DNA from: a bacterium
GTDB lineage: Bacteria; Pseudomonadota; Alphaproteobacteria; Caulobacterales; Caulobacteraceae
Assembly: GCA_030824495.1 (NCBI GenBank)
Contig: JAVBXP010000042.1
Span: forward strand, 11,331 to 75,330
Length of the DNA stretch: 64,000 bases
Direction: 5' to 3'
Part shown: one piece after another, positions 35,870 through 44,084 of the stretch
Layout: every line of letters starts with the position of its first letter
How positions within the stretch are numbered: the stretch's first letter is position 1
The notes under the pieces: model-generated
Told to the model about the DNA's origin: nothing
The model's input: only the letters and a program-made list of their open reading frames with translations
Databases searched by the model: none
Program-made: the position numbers and the translations under genes

Positions 35870-36935
35870 GGCCCGCCGCACCAAAACCGATCCGCCAGCC
35901 TCCCCTGTGCCCGATACGGCGAGCCCTCGCAAACGCCGACGGTGGGGTTTGTACATTCCGTTCATCATCGCCCTCGTGGCGGTGGTCGCCTGGACGGGCG
36001 TCTGGATTTACGCCCACGCTGAGGCCGGCCGGCAGATCGAGGCCGGCGCCGAGCGACTGCGCGCCGCCGGGTATCAGGTCTCGTGGACCCAGCGGCGGAT
36101 CACCGGCTACCCCTTCCGGCTCAACATCACGCTGACCAATCCGACCATCCGCGAGCCCTCGGGCTGGGGCCTGGCCGCCCCGCGCCTGGAGACCCAGGCC
36201 TATCTGCACGGTCTGGACACCTGGGTGATCGCGGCGCCGGTCGGTCTGACCTTCACCCGTCCGCGCGGCGGGGCGGTGAACGTCACCGGCGACATCATCC
36301 ACGCCAGCATCTCCGAAGTGAACACGGCCCTGCCGAACTTCTCCTTCGAAGGCACGAAGCTCGCCTTTGCCCCGGCGGCCGGCGCCAATCCCTTTGCGCT
36401 GACCGCCGCCGACAAGGTGCAGATGCATCTGCGTCGCGGGCCCGACGATCAGGCCGCGGTGATGCTGAAGGTCGACAACGGCAAGGCCCAGCTATCGGGC
36501 CTCTTCGCGCGAATGGCTGGCGACAAGCCGATCTCGATCATCCTGGACTCCATGCTCTCGAACATCAGCGCCATGAAGGGCGATAGCTGGCCGCAGATGG
36601 TCCGCAACTGGGTGGCGGCTGGCGGCCGCATGACGGTCCGCGAGGCCGGCGTCACCGCTGGCGACGTGATGATCGGATCGAACAGCGGCATCCTCAGCGT
36701 CGCGCGCGACGGGCGCCTGAGCGGGCGACTGGACGTCAATCTGCGCGAAGCCCCCAAGGCGATCGGCGCCATGGTCGACACCGGCCTGATCCGACAGCAA
36801 GCCGCTTCGGCCGCCGCCATTGTCGCCGCCGCTCGCCAAGGGTCGGGCGCCACCGCCCAGGCCAACATCAACTTCGAGGCGGGCCAGACCACGCTTGGTC
36901 CGGTCGCCATCGGACCGGCGCCGGAAGTCTACTAG
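35868..36935 (+). CDS. DUF2125 family protein
   Basis: N-terminal TM followed by GYPFRL motif; start uncertain (35868 or GTG 35907). Confidence 0.75.
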   Translation: MARRTKTDPPASPVPDTASPRKRRRWGLYIPFIIALVAVVAWTGVWIYAHAEAGRQIEAGAERLRAAGYQVSWTQRRITGYPFRLNITLTNPTIREPSGWGLAAPRLETQAYLHGLDTWVIAAPVGLTFTRPRGGAVNVTGDIIHASISEVNTALPNFSFEGTKLAFAPAAGANPFALTAADKVQMHLRRGPDDQAAVMLKVDNGKAQLSGLFARMAGDKPISIILDSMLSNISAMKGDSWPQMVRNWVAAGGRMTVREAGVTAGDVMIGSNSGILSVARDGRLSGRLDVNLREAPKAIGAMVDTGLIRQQAASAAAIVAAARQGSGATAQANINFEAGQTTLGPVAIGPAPEVY

Positions 36936-38182
36936 CCGAACGGCCGGTCGATTGAAGTCGGCGGGGTCGAGAACCATCGAGGCCCCGTCGGCGTCATGTA
37001 CAGACAGTCCTCGAGACGCACGCCGAACTGCCCGGGCAGGTAGAGGCCAGGTTCATTCGACAGGCACATGCCGGGCGCCAGCCTGGTCTTCTCGCCATGG
37101 ACGAAATTGACCGGCTCGTGGCCGTCCAGGCCGATGCCGTGGCCGGTGCGGTGCGACAGCCCCGGCAATTTGTAGCGCGGACCGTAGCCTAAGCTCTCGT
37201 AGTAGGCCCGCACCGCGTCATCGACCGCGCCGGCCGGAACGCCGACCTGGGCCGCCTCGAAGGCGACCTGCTGACCGCGAGCCACCTGGTTCCAGACCTT
37301 GCGCTGCGCAGCGCTCGGCTCGCCATAGACGAAGGTCCGCGAGACGTCGGATTGGTAGCCTTCGACATTGCAGCCGCAATCCATCAGCACGACCTCGCCG
37401 TCGCGCACCGCTTGCGGCTTTTCCGAACCATGCGGATAGGCGGCGGCCTCGCCGAGCAGGATGAGCTCGAATTCCGGCTGGCCGCCCAGCGCCACCGTCG
37501 CTCGCTTTACGATCGCCCCGATGTCGGCCGGGGTCATGCCGCGCTCGATCCGGGTGTGAGCGTAGCGATAGGCAGCCACGGTGATGTCGGTCGCGGTCTG
37601 CATCAGCGCGATCTCGGCCGGCGACTTGATCATCCTGCAGCCGCGCACGACGTCGGCGCCTGAGACAATCCGCGCCTCCGGCAACAACCGGGCGACGCCG
37701 TCGCTAACGAAGAAGCGTACGGTCTCCTCGATGCCAATCGAGCCGTGCGCGAGTTTCTCCTCCTTCAGCCACCCGGCGATGAGCGCGGCGGGATTCTCGT
37801 CCTCCTGCCAGACCCGGACCTCGGCGGGGATGGCGAGGGTTTCGCGGACCGAAGGCTCCTCGAAGTGCGGCGTGACGATCAGCGCCTCGCCGGTCACCGA
37901 AATAACCGCCGCGGTCACCCGCTCGCTCCGCCACCACCGGACGCCGGTGAAATAGGTGAGCGAGGCGCCCGGCTCGATGATGAGCGCCGACACGCCGCTC
38001 TCCTTCATCAGACGCTGCGCCTTGGCGATCCGCGCCAACCGCTCGGCCGGGCTGATCGGAACAACCCCGCCCGTCATCTTCGTCAAGCCATCCGGTTGCG
38101 CGGCAGCGATCCCGCCTGCCGCGAGCGCCAGCCCGGCGCCGCCGGCCAGAGCCAGAAATGACCTTCGATCCGCCTTCAGCAT
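36932..38182 (-). CDS. M24 (Xaa-Pro) peptidase with Tat signal
   Basis: DRRSFL Tat motif; DCG...YQSD, HRTGHGIG, NEPG, RLED. Confidence 0.9.
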   Translation of the reverse strand: MLKADRRSFLALAGGAGLALAAGGIAAAQPDGLTKMTGGVVPISPAERLARIAKAQRLMKESGVSALIIEPGASLTYFTGVRWWRSERVTAAVISVTGEALIVTPHFEEPSVRETLAIPAEVRVWQEDENPAALIAGWLKEEKLAHGSIGIEETVRFFVSDGVARLLPEARIVSGADVVRGCRMIKSPAEIALMQTATDITVAAYRYAHTRIERGMTPADIGAIVKRATVALGGQPEFELILLGEAAAYPHGSEKPQAVRDGEVVLMDCGCNVEGYQSDVSRTFVYGEPSAAQRKVWNQVARGQQVAFEAAQVGVPAGAVDDAVRAYYESLGYGPRYKLPGLSHRTGHGIGLDGHEPVNFVHGEKTRLAPGMCLSNEPGLYLPGQFGVRLEDCLYMTPTGPRWFSTPPTSIDRPFG

Positions 38183-38370
38183 CGCCCCGCCCTCGTCCTT
38201 CCCAATTGCTCGCATGGGGCGGAATGTGCGTCCAGCGGGCCGCACGGGCGCAAGCGTGCGCGGGCAGACGACACAAGCGGTTTCTTGTGCAACTTTCTTG
38301 CGGCGACAGCGCCTATTGCGCCCTTCGCCGCAATGACCTAAGCGCCAAACCTTCGTTTTCGGGGGACAAA

Positions 38371-39177
38371 ATGGCTGAGGCTGATCCCAAGACCGCCGCA
38401 CCGAGCCTGGACGCCGTCCGGACCCGTATCGACGCGATCGACGCTCAGCTTCTGACGCTTGTCGACGAACGCGCCGGCCTCGCCATCCAGGTCGCGGCCG
38501 CCAAGGCCGCCGCCGGCGACGGCGCCAAGTTCGCCCTGCGCCCGGGCCGCGAGGCCCAGGTGGTCCGCGCCTTGCTCGACAAGCCTCGCAACGCCGCCCG
38601 TCCCAGCCTGGTCGTCCGGATCTGGCGCGAGCTGATCGGCGACAGCCTCTCGCGCCAAGGCGCCTTCCATCTCACCGTCTTCGGCGGCCGCGATCCCGGC
38701 CGAGCGGTCGAAGGCGCACGCCTGCGCTTCGGCGCCGCCCCGTCCCTGCGCCAGGTCGCTCGGGCGGAGGACGCCCTGGCGGCTGCCAAGACGCCCGGCG
38801 GAGTCGCCATCCTGGCCCTGGCCTCCGACACGCCCTGGTGGGGCCGTCTGCTGGCCGAACCGAAGCTGAAGGTATTCGCCGCCCTCCCCTGCCTCGCCGC
38901 CTGGGGTCCGCTCTCGGCGCTGGCCGTGGCCGACGTCGATGTCGAACCGACCGGCTCCGACCTGACCTACTGGGTCACCGACGCCGGTGGTTCCCCGCGG
39001 TCCATCGAGGAGGCCCTGAGCCGCGATGGCGTCGCCGGCGACCTGATCGCCGAAGCCGGCGGACTGAAGCTGTTCGCACTGCTCGGCTTCTACCAGGCCG
39101 ATGACGAACGCCTGGCCCGCGCGCCGGGCCGCCTCAGCGGCGTCATCGGGGCTGCGCCGGCACAGCTGGACGTGTAA
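38371..39177 (+). CDS. Chorismate mutase with C-terminal extension
   Basis: LDAVRTRIDAIDAQLLTLVDERA, LRPGREA; precedes hisC-tyrA. Confidence 0.85.
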   Translation: MAEADPKTAAPSLDAVRTRIDAIDAQLLTLVDERAGLAIQVAAAKAAAGDGAKFALRPGREAQVVRALLDKPRNAARPSLVVRIWRELIGDSLSRQGAFHLTVFGGRDPGRAVEGARLRFGAAPSLRQVARAEDALAAAKTPGGVAILALASDTPWWGRLLAEPKLKVFAALPCLAAWGPLSALAVADVDVEPTGSDLTYWVTDAGGSPRSIEEALSRDGVAGDLIAEAGGLKLFALLGFYQADDERLARAPGRLSGVIGAAPAQLDV

Positions 39178-39219
39178 GGACAGGCGTCCTCCCCGTCACG
39201 ACCGGCCCGTTTTCCGCCC

Positions 39220-40350
39220 ATGTCCGATATCGTTCTCGATCGCGCCGCTGCTCCCCGTCCGACGCCCAAGCCGGGCATCATGGACATCGCCCCCTATGTG
39301 CCGGGCAAGTCCAAGATCGACGGCGTCGAGCATCCGCTGAAGCTGTCGGCCAACGAGAACATTCTCGGCTCCAGCCCAGCAGCCCGCGAAGCCTTCTCGA
39401 CCGCCTTCGACCAGCTGCAGATGTACCCCGACGGCCGCACCACCGCCCTGCGCGAGGCGCTGGCGGCGAAGTACGGCCTGGAGCCGGAGCGCCTGCTGTT
39501 CGGGTGCGGATCTGACGAGATTTTCCAGCTGCTCAATCAGACCTTCCTCGAGCCGGGCGACAACATCGTCCAGGGCGAGTTCGGCTTTGGCGCCTACGCC
39601 ATCGGCGCTCGGGCTTGCCAGGCGGAAGTCCGAATGGCGCGCGAGCCGAACTACCGCGTCGATGTTGATGAACTGCTGAAACTGATCGACGCCCGCACCC
39701 GCATCGTCTTCGTCGCCAATCCGGCCAACCCGACCGGCACCTGGAATTCGGCGGAAGAGATCCGGCGGCTGCACGCAGCCCTGCCGCCCAGCGTGGTGCT
39801 CTGCCTGGACGGCGCCTATGCCGAGTTCTGCCACGACCCGGCCTATGAAGACGGCATGTCGATGGTGCGCGAATTCGACAATGTCGTGGTCACCCGCACC
39901 TTCTCCAAGCTGCACGGCCTGGCCGCCCTGCGCGTCGGCTGGGCCTATATGCCCGAGGAGATGGCGGACGCCATCGACCGCATTCGCCTGCCCTTCAACG
40001 TCAATATCCCGGCCCAGCTCGCCGCCGTCGCCGCCCTGGCCGACGACGAATTCCAAGAGCGCTCGCTCGCCCTCGTCGATCAGTGGCGGCCGTGGCTGAC
40101 CCAGCAACTGGGGGGCCTGGGCCTTGAACCGCTGCCGTCGGCGGCCAATTTCGTGCTGGTCGGCTTCCCGACCGCGCCGGGCAAGACCGCGCGGGAGGCT
40201 GACGCTTTCCTGAGCGCGCGCGGCCTGATCGTCCGCTACGTGGCCGGCTATGGCCTGCCCAATCACCTGCGCATCACCATCGGCCTGGAAGAGCACAACC
40301 GGGCTATCGTTGAGGCGCTGCAAGACTTCATGAAGGGCGAACCGGCGTGA
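39220..40350 (+). CDS. hisC: Histidinol-phosphate aminotransferase
   Basis: KLSANEN, ANPANPTG, DGAYAEF, RTFSKLHGLAALRVGW. Confidence 0.95.
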   Translation: MSDIVLDRAAAPRPTPKPGIMDIAPYVPGKSKIDGVEHPLKLSANENILGSSPAAREAFSTAFDQLQMYPDGRTTALREALAAKYGLEPERLLFGCGSDEIFQLLNQTFLEPGDNIVQGEFGFGAYAIGARACQAEVRMAREPNYRVDVDELLKLIDARTRIVFVANPANPTGTWNSAEEIRRLHAALPPSVVLCLDGAYAEFCHDPAYEDGMSMVREFDNVVVTRTFSKLHGLAALRVGWAYMPEEMADAIDRIRLPFNVNIPAQLAAVAALADDEFQERSLALVDQWRPWLTQQLGGLGLEPLPSAANFVLVGFPTAPGKTAREADAFLSARGLIVRYVAGYGLPNHLRITIGLEEHNRAIVEALQDFMKGEPA

Positions 40351-41276
40351 GCGTGATCTATCCTCGGATGGCGGTGATCGGCTGCGGGCTGATCGGCTCC
40401 TCCGTGATCCGGGCGGCGCGGGAAGCCGGCGTGGTCGGCGTTGTCGCCGTCGCCGACGCCAGCGAGGCGCACCGCAACCGCATCGTCGAACTCGGCTACG
40501 CCGATGAAGTGACGGCCGACATCGCGCAGGCCGTGAAGGACGCCGACCTCGTCGTGCTGGCCGTGCCCGTGCTGGCTATGGGCGAGGCCGCCAAGGCCGC
40601 CGCCGCGGCTCTGAAGCCAGGCGCCACCGTGACCGACGTCGGCTCGGTGAAGGGCTCGGTCGCCGACGCCCTGGCCGCCGCCCTGCCCGACAGCGTGTTC
40701 GTCATTCCCGGCCACCCAATCGCCGGCACCGAGCACTCAGGCCCCGACGCTGGCCTGGCCGAGCTGTTCCAGAACCGCTGGGTGATCCTCACGCCCCAGG
40801 CCAGGACCGACGAGCCCTATGTCAAGGCGGTGGGCCGGCTGTCGGAATTCTGGCGGGCGCTGGGCGCCAATGTCGACCAGATGGACGACCGCCACCACGA
40901 CCTGGTGTTGGCTGTCACCAGCCACCTGCCCCACCTGATCGCCTACAACATCGTCGGCACCGCCGCCGACATGGAGGAGGTCACCCAGGCCGAGGTGATG
41001 AAGTACTCCGCCGGCGGCTTCCGCGACTTCACCCGCATCGCCGCGTCGGACCCGACCATGTGGCGCGACGTCTTCGTCGCCAACAAGGACGCCGTGCTGG
41101 AAATCCTCGGTCGCTTCACCGAGGACCTGCAGGCGCTGTCGCGCGCCATCCGCTGGGGCGAGGCCGACAAGCTGCACGACCTCTTTACCCGCACCCGCGA
41201 AATCCGCCGCGGCATTATCGCCGCCGGCCAGGAAAGCGCCGAGCCGAACTTCGGCCGTGATCGCGGCAAGCATTAA
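40347..41276 (+). CDS. tyrA: Prephenate/arogenate (cyclohexadienyl) dehydrogenase
   Basis: GCGLIGSS, DVGSVK, GHPIAGTE, SHLPH, GGFRDFTRIAASDP. Confidence 0.92.
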   Translation: MSVIYPRMAVIGCGLIGSSVIRAAREAGVVGVVAVADASEAHRNRIVELGYADEVTADIAQAVKDADLVVLAVPVLAMGEAAKAAAAALKPGATVTDVGSVKGSVADALAAALPDSVFVIPGHPIAGTEHSGPDAGLAELFQNRWVILTPQARTDEPYVKAVGRLSEFWRALGANVDQMDDRHHDLVLAVTSHLPHLIAYNIVGTAADMEEVTQAEVMKYSAGGFRDFTRIAASDPTMWRDVFVANKDAVLEILGRFTEDLQALSRAIRWGEADKLHDLFTRTREIRRGIIAAGQESAEPNFGRDRGKH

Positions 41277-41283
41277 GCCAAAG

Positions 41284-41420
41284 GTGTCATCCCGGTTTGC
41301 GAAGCAAGACCGGGACCCATGAACACCCGATAGATCCCGCTATGGCGAGACCTCGCCTCCTGCCGCCAAAGCGGCGCGAATGGGTCCCGGACAAGCGCTT
41401 CGCGCTTTCAGGGATGACAC
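41284..41420. repeat. Palindromic REP/MITE-like element (GTCATCC...GGATGAC family)
   Basis: TIR GTGTCATCCC/GGGATGACAC; inner IR CCGGGACCCAT/ATGGGTCCCGG; GAA and TTC triloop hairpins; between convergent genes. Confidence 0.85.
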
Positions 41421-41424
41421 GCCG

Positions 41425-43455
41425 CTAAGCCGCCGGCCGCTCGCGCTTGACGATCTCTTCGGCCAGCCGCCCTGGGATTTCCGCCATGTGGTCGAACTGA
41501 GCTGTGAAGTCGCCCAGACCCTGGGTCAGGCCGCGCAGCTCGGCGATCAGGTGCTGGCGCTCCGACCTTGGCAGGCAGACCTCGATGTCGTCCCAGCCGC
41601 TCCAGCCCTCGCGCGGCTGGAAGCCGAGGATCTGGCCACGCCGCGCCGACACCGCCTGGGTGATCTTCGACGTCGAGGCCTGGGGCGCATGGATGGTCAG
41701 CTTCTCGATCGGCTCCAGCAGATAGGGCGCGCAGGCCCGCAGGCCGTCGCTCATGGCCAACCTGCCGGCCGCCCGGAAGCTCATCTCCGAGGAATCCACG
41801 CTGTGATAGGAGCCGTCGGTCAGCACCACCTCCACGTCGGTCACGGGGAAGCCCAGCGGCCCTCGCTCCAGCGCGTCCCGCACCCCTTGTTCGACCGAAG
41901 GGATCCATTGGCGCGGCACCACCCCGCCGGTGATCTTTTGCGAAAAGGCGAACCCTTCGCCGCGGGCGCGCGGCTTGATCTCGATCACCACGTCGCCGAA
42001 CTGTCCGTGGCCGCCGGTCTGCTTCTTGTGGCGCCCGCGCTGGGTGACCGGCTTGCGCACGGACTCCTTGTAGGAGACCTTCGGCGGCTCGGTCATCGCC
42101 TCCAGCCCGAAGCGTCGGCGCAGCCGCTCCACCGTGACCTGAAGATGGGCCTCCCCGCGACCCGATATCAGCGTCTCCTGGGTTTCGGGATCGAGGGTGA
42201 CCTCCAGCGCCTGGTCCTCCTCGGCCAACTTGGCCAGAGCCGCTGACAGCCGCACGTCGTCCTTGCGATCCTTGGCGGCGATCGACATCGCATAAAGCGT
42301 CGGGGCGCGGACGACCGGCATGGCGCAGCGGCGTGGCTTGCCGTCCATCGACAGCACCTGACCGGCCACCGCCGTCTCCAGCTTGGCGATCCCGATCACG
42401 TCGCCCGGCTGGGCCTTGTCGATCTTTCGGGTGCTGAGCCCCGAGACCGCCAGCAATCCCCCAGCGCGGGTCCTCTCGCCGGTCTCGGCGGTCAGTTCCT
42501 GGCCGTCGGTCAACTCGCCGCCCATGACCCGCGCATAGGCGACCTTGCCCGCCTGCCCGGCGAACGAGGTCTTGAAGACATAGCTGCACGGACCATCGAG
42601 CTCCATCCGTCCAGCGGCGACCAAGACGTCGGGCGTTTCGTGCCGCAGCGCTTTCAGCAGCCGCCGAACGCCGAAGCCGTTCAGGGCCGAGCCGAAGAAC
42701 ACCGGCACGATCAGGCCGCCGTGGAAGTCGGCCACGAGGTCGGCGAACACCGTATCGCGGCTCGGATTGAGGTCCGAGAGCAATTGCTCCATCAGGTCGT
42801 CGTCGAAGTCGGCCAACTGCTCGAGCATATGGAAGCGCGCATCGGCCTCCTGCGCCGCCAGATCGCCCACCAGATCGATCTGCTGCGAGGCCTGGCCCGG
42901 CCGATAGACGAAGGCCCGCTCCAGGGCGAGGTCTACGAACCCAGTGACCTTATCCTGCTCGACCAATGGGATCTGGCGCGCCACGAGCGGGGCGGTGGAG
43001 GCCTGCGCCAGGGTCGCCATGAACTCGTCAAGGCCGCCGCGCGCCTGGTCGATCCGGTTGACAAAGACCGCATGCGGCACGCCGCGGTCTTCCAGCGCTT
43101 TCAGGATCGGCTGCAGCAGTCCGGCGCGAACCGGATTGGGATCGGCCACCACCACAGCCAAATCCACAGCGGGCAGCACATAGTCCTCCGCGCCCGCAAA
43201 CTCCGGCGAGCCCGGACAGTCGATCACGGCGTAGCGGTCGCCCATGAACTCGAAGCCGGCGATGTTCAACTCGGTCGACTGTCCACGCTGGCGCGCCTCC
43301 GGGCTGGCGTCACCGACGCTGGTCGCGCCGACCTCGCCCTGACGCAGGATCGCGCCGCTGGCGAAGAGCATGGCTTCTAGAAGGGTTGTCTTGCCGGCTC
43401 CCGGCGCCCCCACAAGGGCGATGGCGCGTGTCGAGCCGGAACCTGGTCTGCCCAT
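41425..43455 (-). CDS. Elongation factor G-like paralog (EF-G2 type)
   Basis: GAPGAGKT, DCPG, NRID; GEAHL, KKQTGGHGQFGDV, YLLEP; GGGAGG RBS before ATG 43455. Confidence 0.9.
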   Translation of the reverse strand: MGRPGSGSTRAIALVGAPGAGKTTLLEAMLFASGAILRQGEVGATSVGDASPEARQRGQSTELNIAGFEFMGDRYAVIDCPGSPEFAGAEDYVLPAVDLAVVVADPNPVRAGLLQPILKALEDRGVPHAVFVNRIDQARGGLDEFMATLAQASTAPLVARQIPLVEQDKVTGFVDLALERAFVYRPGQASQQIDLVGDLAAQEADARFHMLEQLADFDDDLMEQLLSDLNPSRDTVFADLVADFHGGLIVPVFFGSALNGFGVRRLLKALRHETPDVLVAAGRMELDGPCSYVFKTSFAGQAGKVAYARVMGGELTDGQELTAETGERTRAGGLLAVSGLSTRKIDKAQPGDVIGIAKLETAVAGQVLSMDGKPRRCAMPVVRAPTLYAMSIAAKDRKDDVRLSAALAKLAEEDQALEVTLDPETQETLISGRGEAHLQVTVERLRRRFGLEAMTEPPKVSYKESVRKPVTQRGRHKKQTGGHGQFGDVVIEIKPRARGEGFAFSQKITGGVVPRQWIPSVEQGVRDALERGPLGFPVTDVEVVLTDGSYHSVDSSEMSFRAAGRLAMSDGLRACAPYLLEPIEKLTIHAPQASTSKITQAVSARRGQILGFQPREGWSGWDDIEVCLPRSERQHLIAELRGLTQGLGDFTAQFDHMAEIPGRLAEEIVKRERPAA

Positions 43456-43629
43456 GGTCCGTCCTCCCAAGTCCAGGCGCCCGCCTTGGGGACGGGCGCA
43501 GAAACCCCGACTTCCTTATGCTTCCACCCGCGCTGGCCCCGATGCAAGTCAAGGAGACGCGAGCCGTGGCCACCGGCGCCGAACCACCCCACATTGCGCG
43601 TCCCTCTTCGGAGCCTCACAGGAACGATC

Positions 43630-43962
43630 ATGAACGGTTACGCGTGGCTGGGCCTCGCCATTGTCGCCGAGGTGATCGCCACCACCGCGCTCAAGGCCTC
43701 CGACAGTTTCTCCAAACTAAGCCCCTCGCTGATCACCATCGCGGGTTACGGCTTCGCCTTCTGGTGCCTGTCCCACTCGATGAAGACCGTACCGGTCGGC
43801 GTCGGCTACGCGATCTGGTCGGGGGTCGGCATCGTGCTGATCACCGCTATCGCCTGGGTGCTGTTCAAGCAGAAGCTCGATCTTCCGGCGATGATCGGCA
43901 TGGGCATGATCCTGGCCGGGGTCGTGGTGATCAACGTCTTCTCGAAAAGCGCGGGGCACTAG
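43630..43962 (+). CDS. SMR-family multidrug efflux protein (EmrE/QacE-like)
   Basis: 110 aa, four TMs, AIVAEVIATTALK (Glu14), GYAIWSG. Confidence 0.92.
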   Translation: MNGYAWLGLAIVAEVIATTALKASDSFSKLSPSLITIAGYGFAFWCLSHSMKTVPVGVGYAIWSGVGIVLITAIAWVLFKQKLDLPAMIGMGMILAGVVVINVFSKSAGH

Positions 43963-43968
43963 CCCTTG

Positions 43969-44084
43969 CTCGTCATCCTCCGGTCAGCCGCAGGCTGATC
44001 CGGGGGACCCAAGCGGGCTCACCACATTCTGGAAATCAGCTTGGGTCCCCCGGATCGTCTTGCAGACGACTGGAGGATGACGAG
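43969..44084. repeat. Palindromic REP/MITE-like element (CGTC-tagged)
   Basis: 13-bp TIR CTCGTCATCCTCC/GGAGGATGACGAG; inner IR TCCGGGGGACCCAAGC/GCTTGGGTCCCCCGGA; GCA and TGC triloop hairpins. Confidence 0.88.

Noticed and set aside
30919-36935. Convergent gene pairs sharing a CTAG for both stop codons (30919-30922 and 36932-36935)
   Set aside because: A 4-bp convergent overlap is common and needs no special explanation
43480-43629. Guanidine riboswitch upstream of the SMR gene
   Set aside because: No paired ACGR-loop hairpins or ykkC motif seen, and the protein looks EmrE/Qac-like rather than Gdx-like
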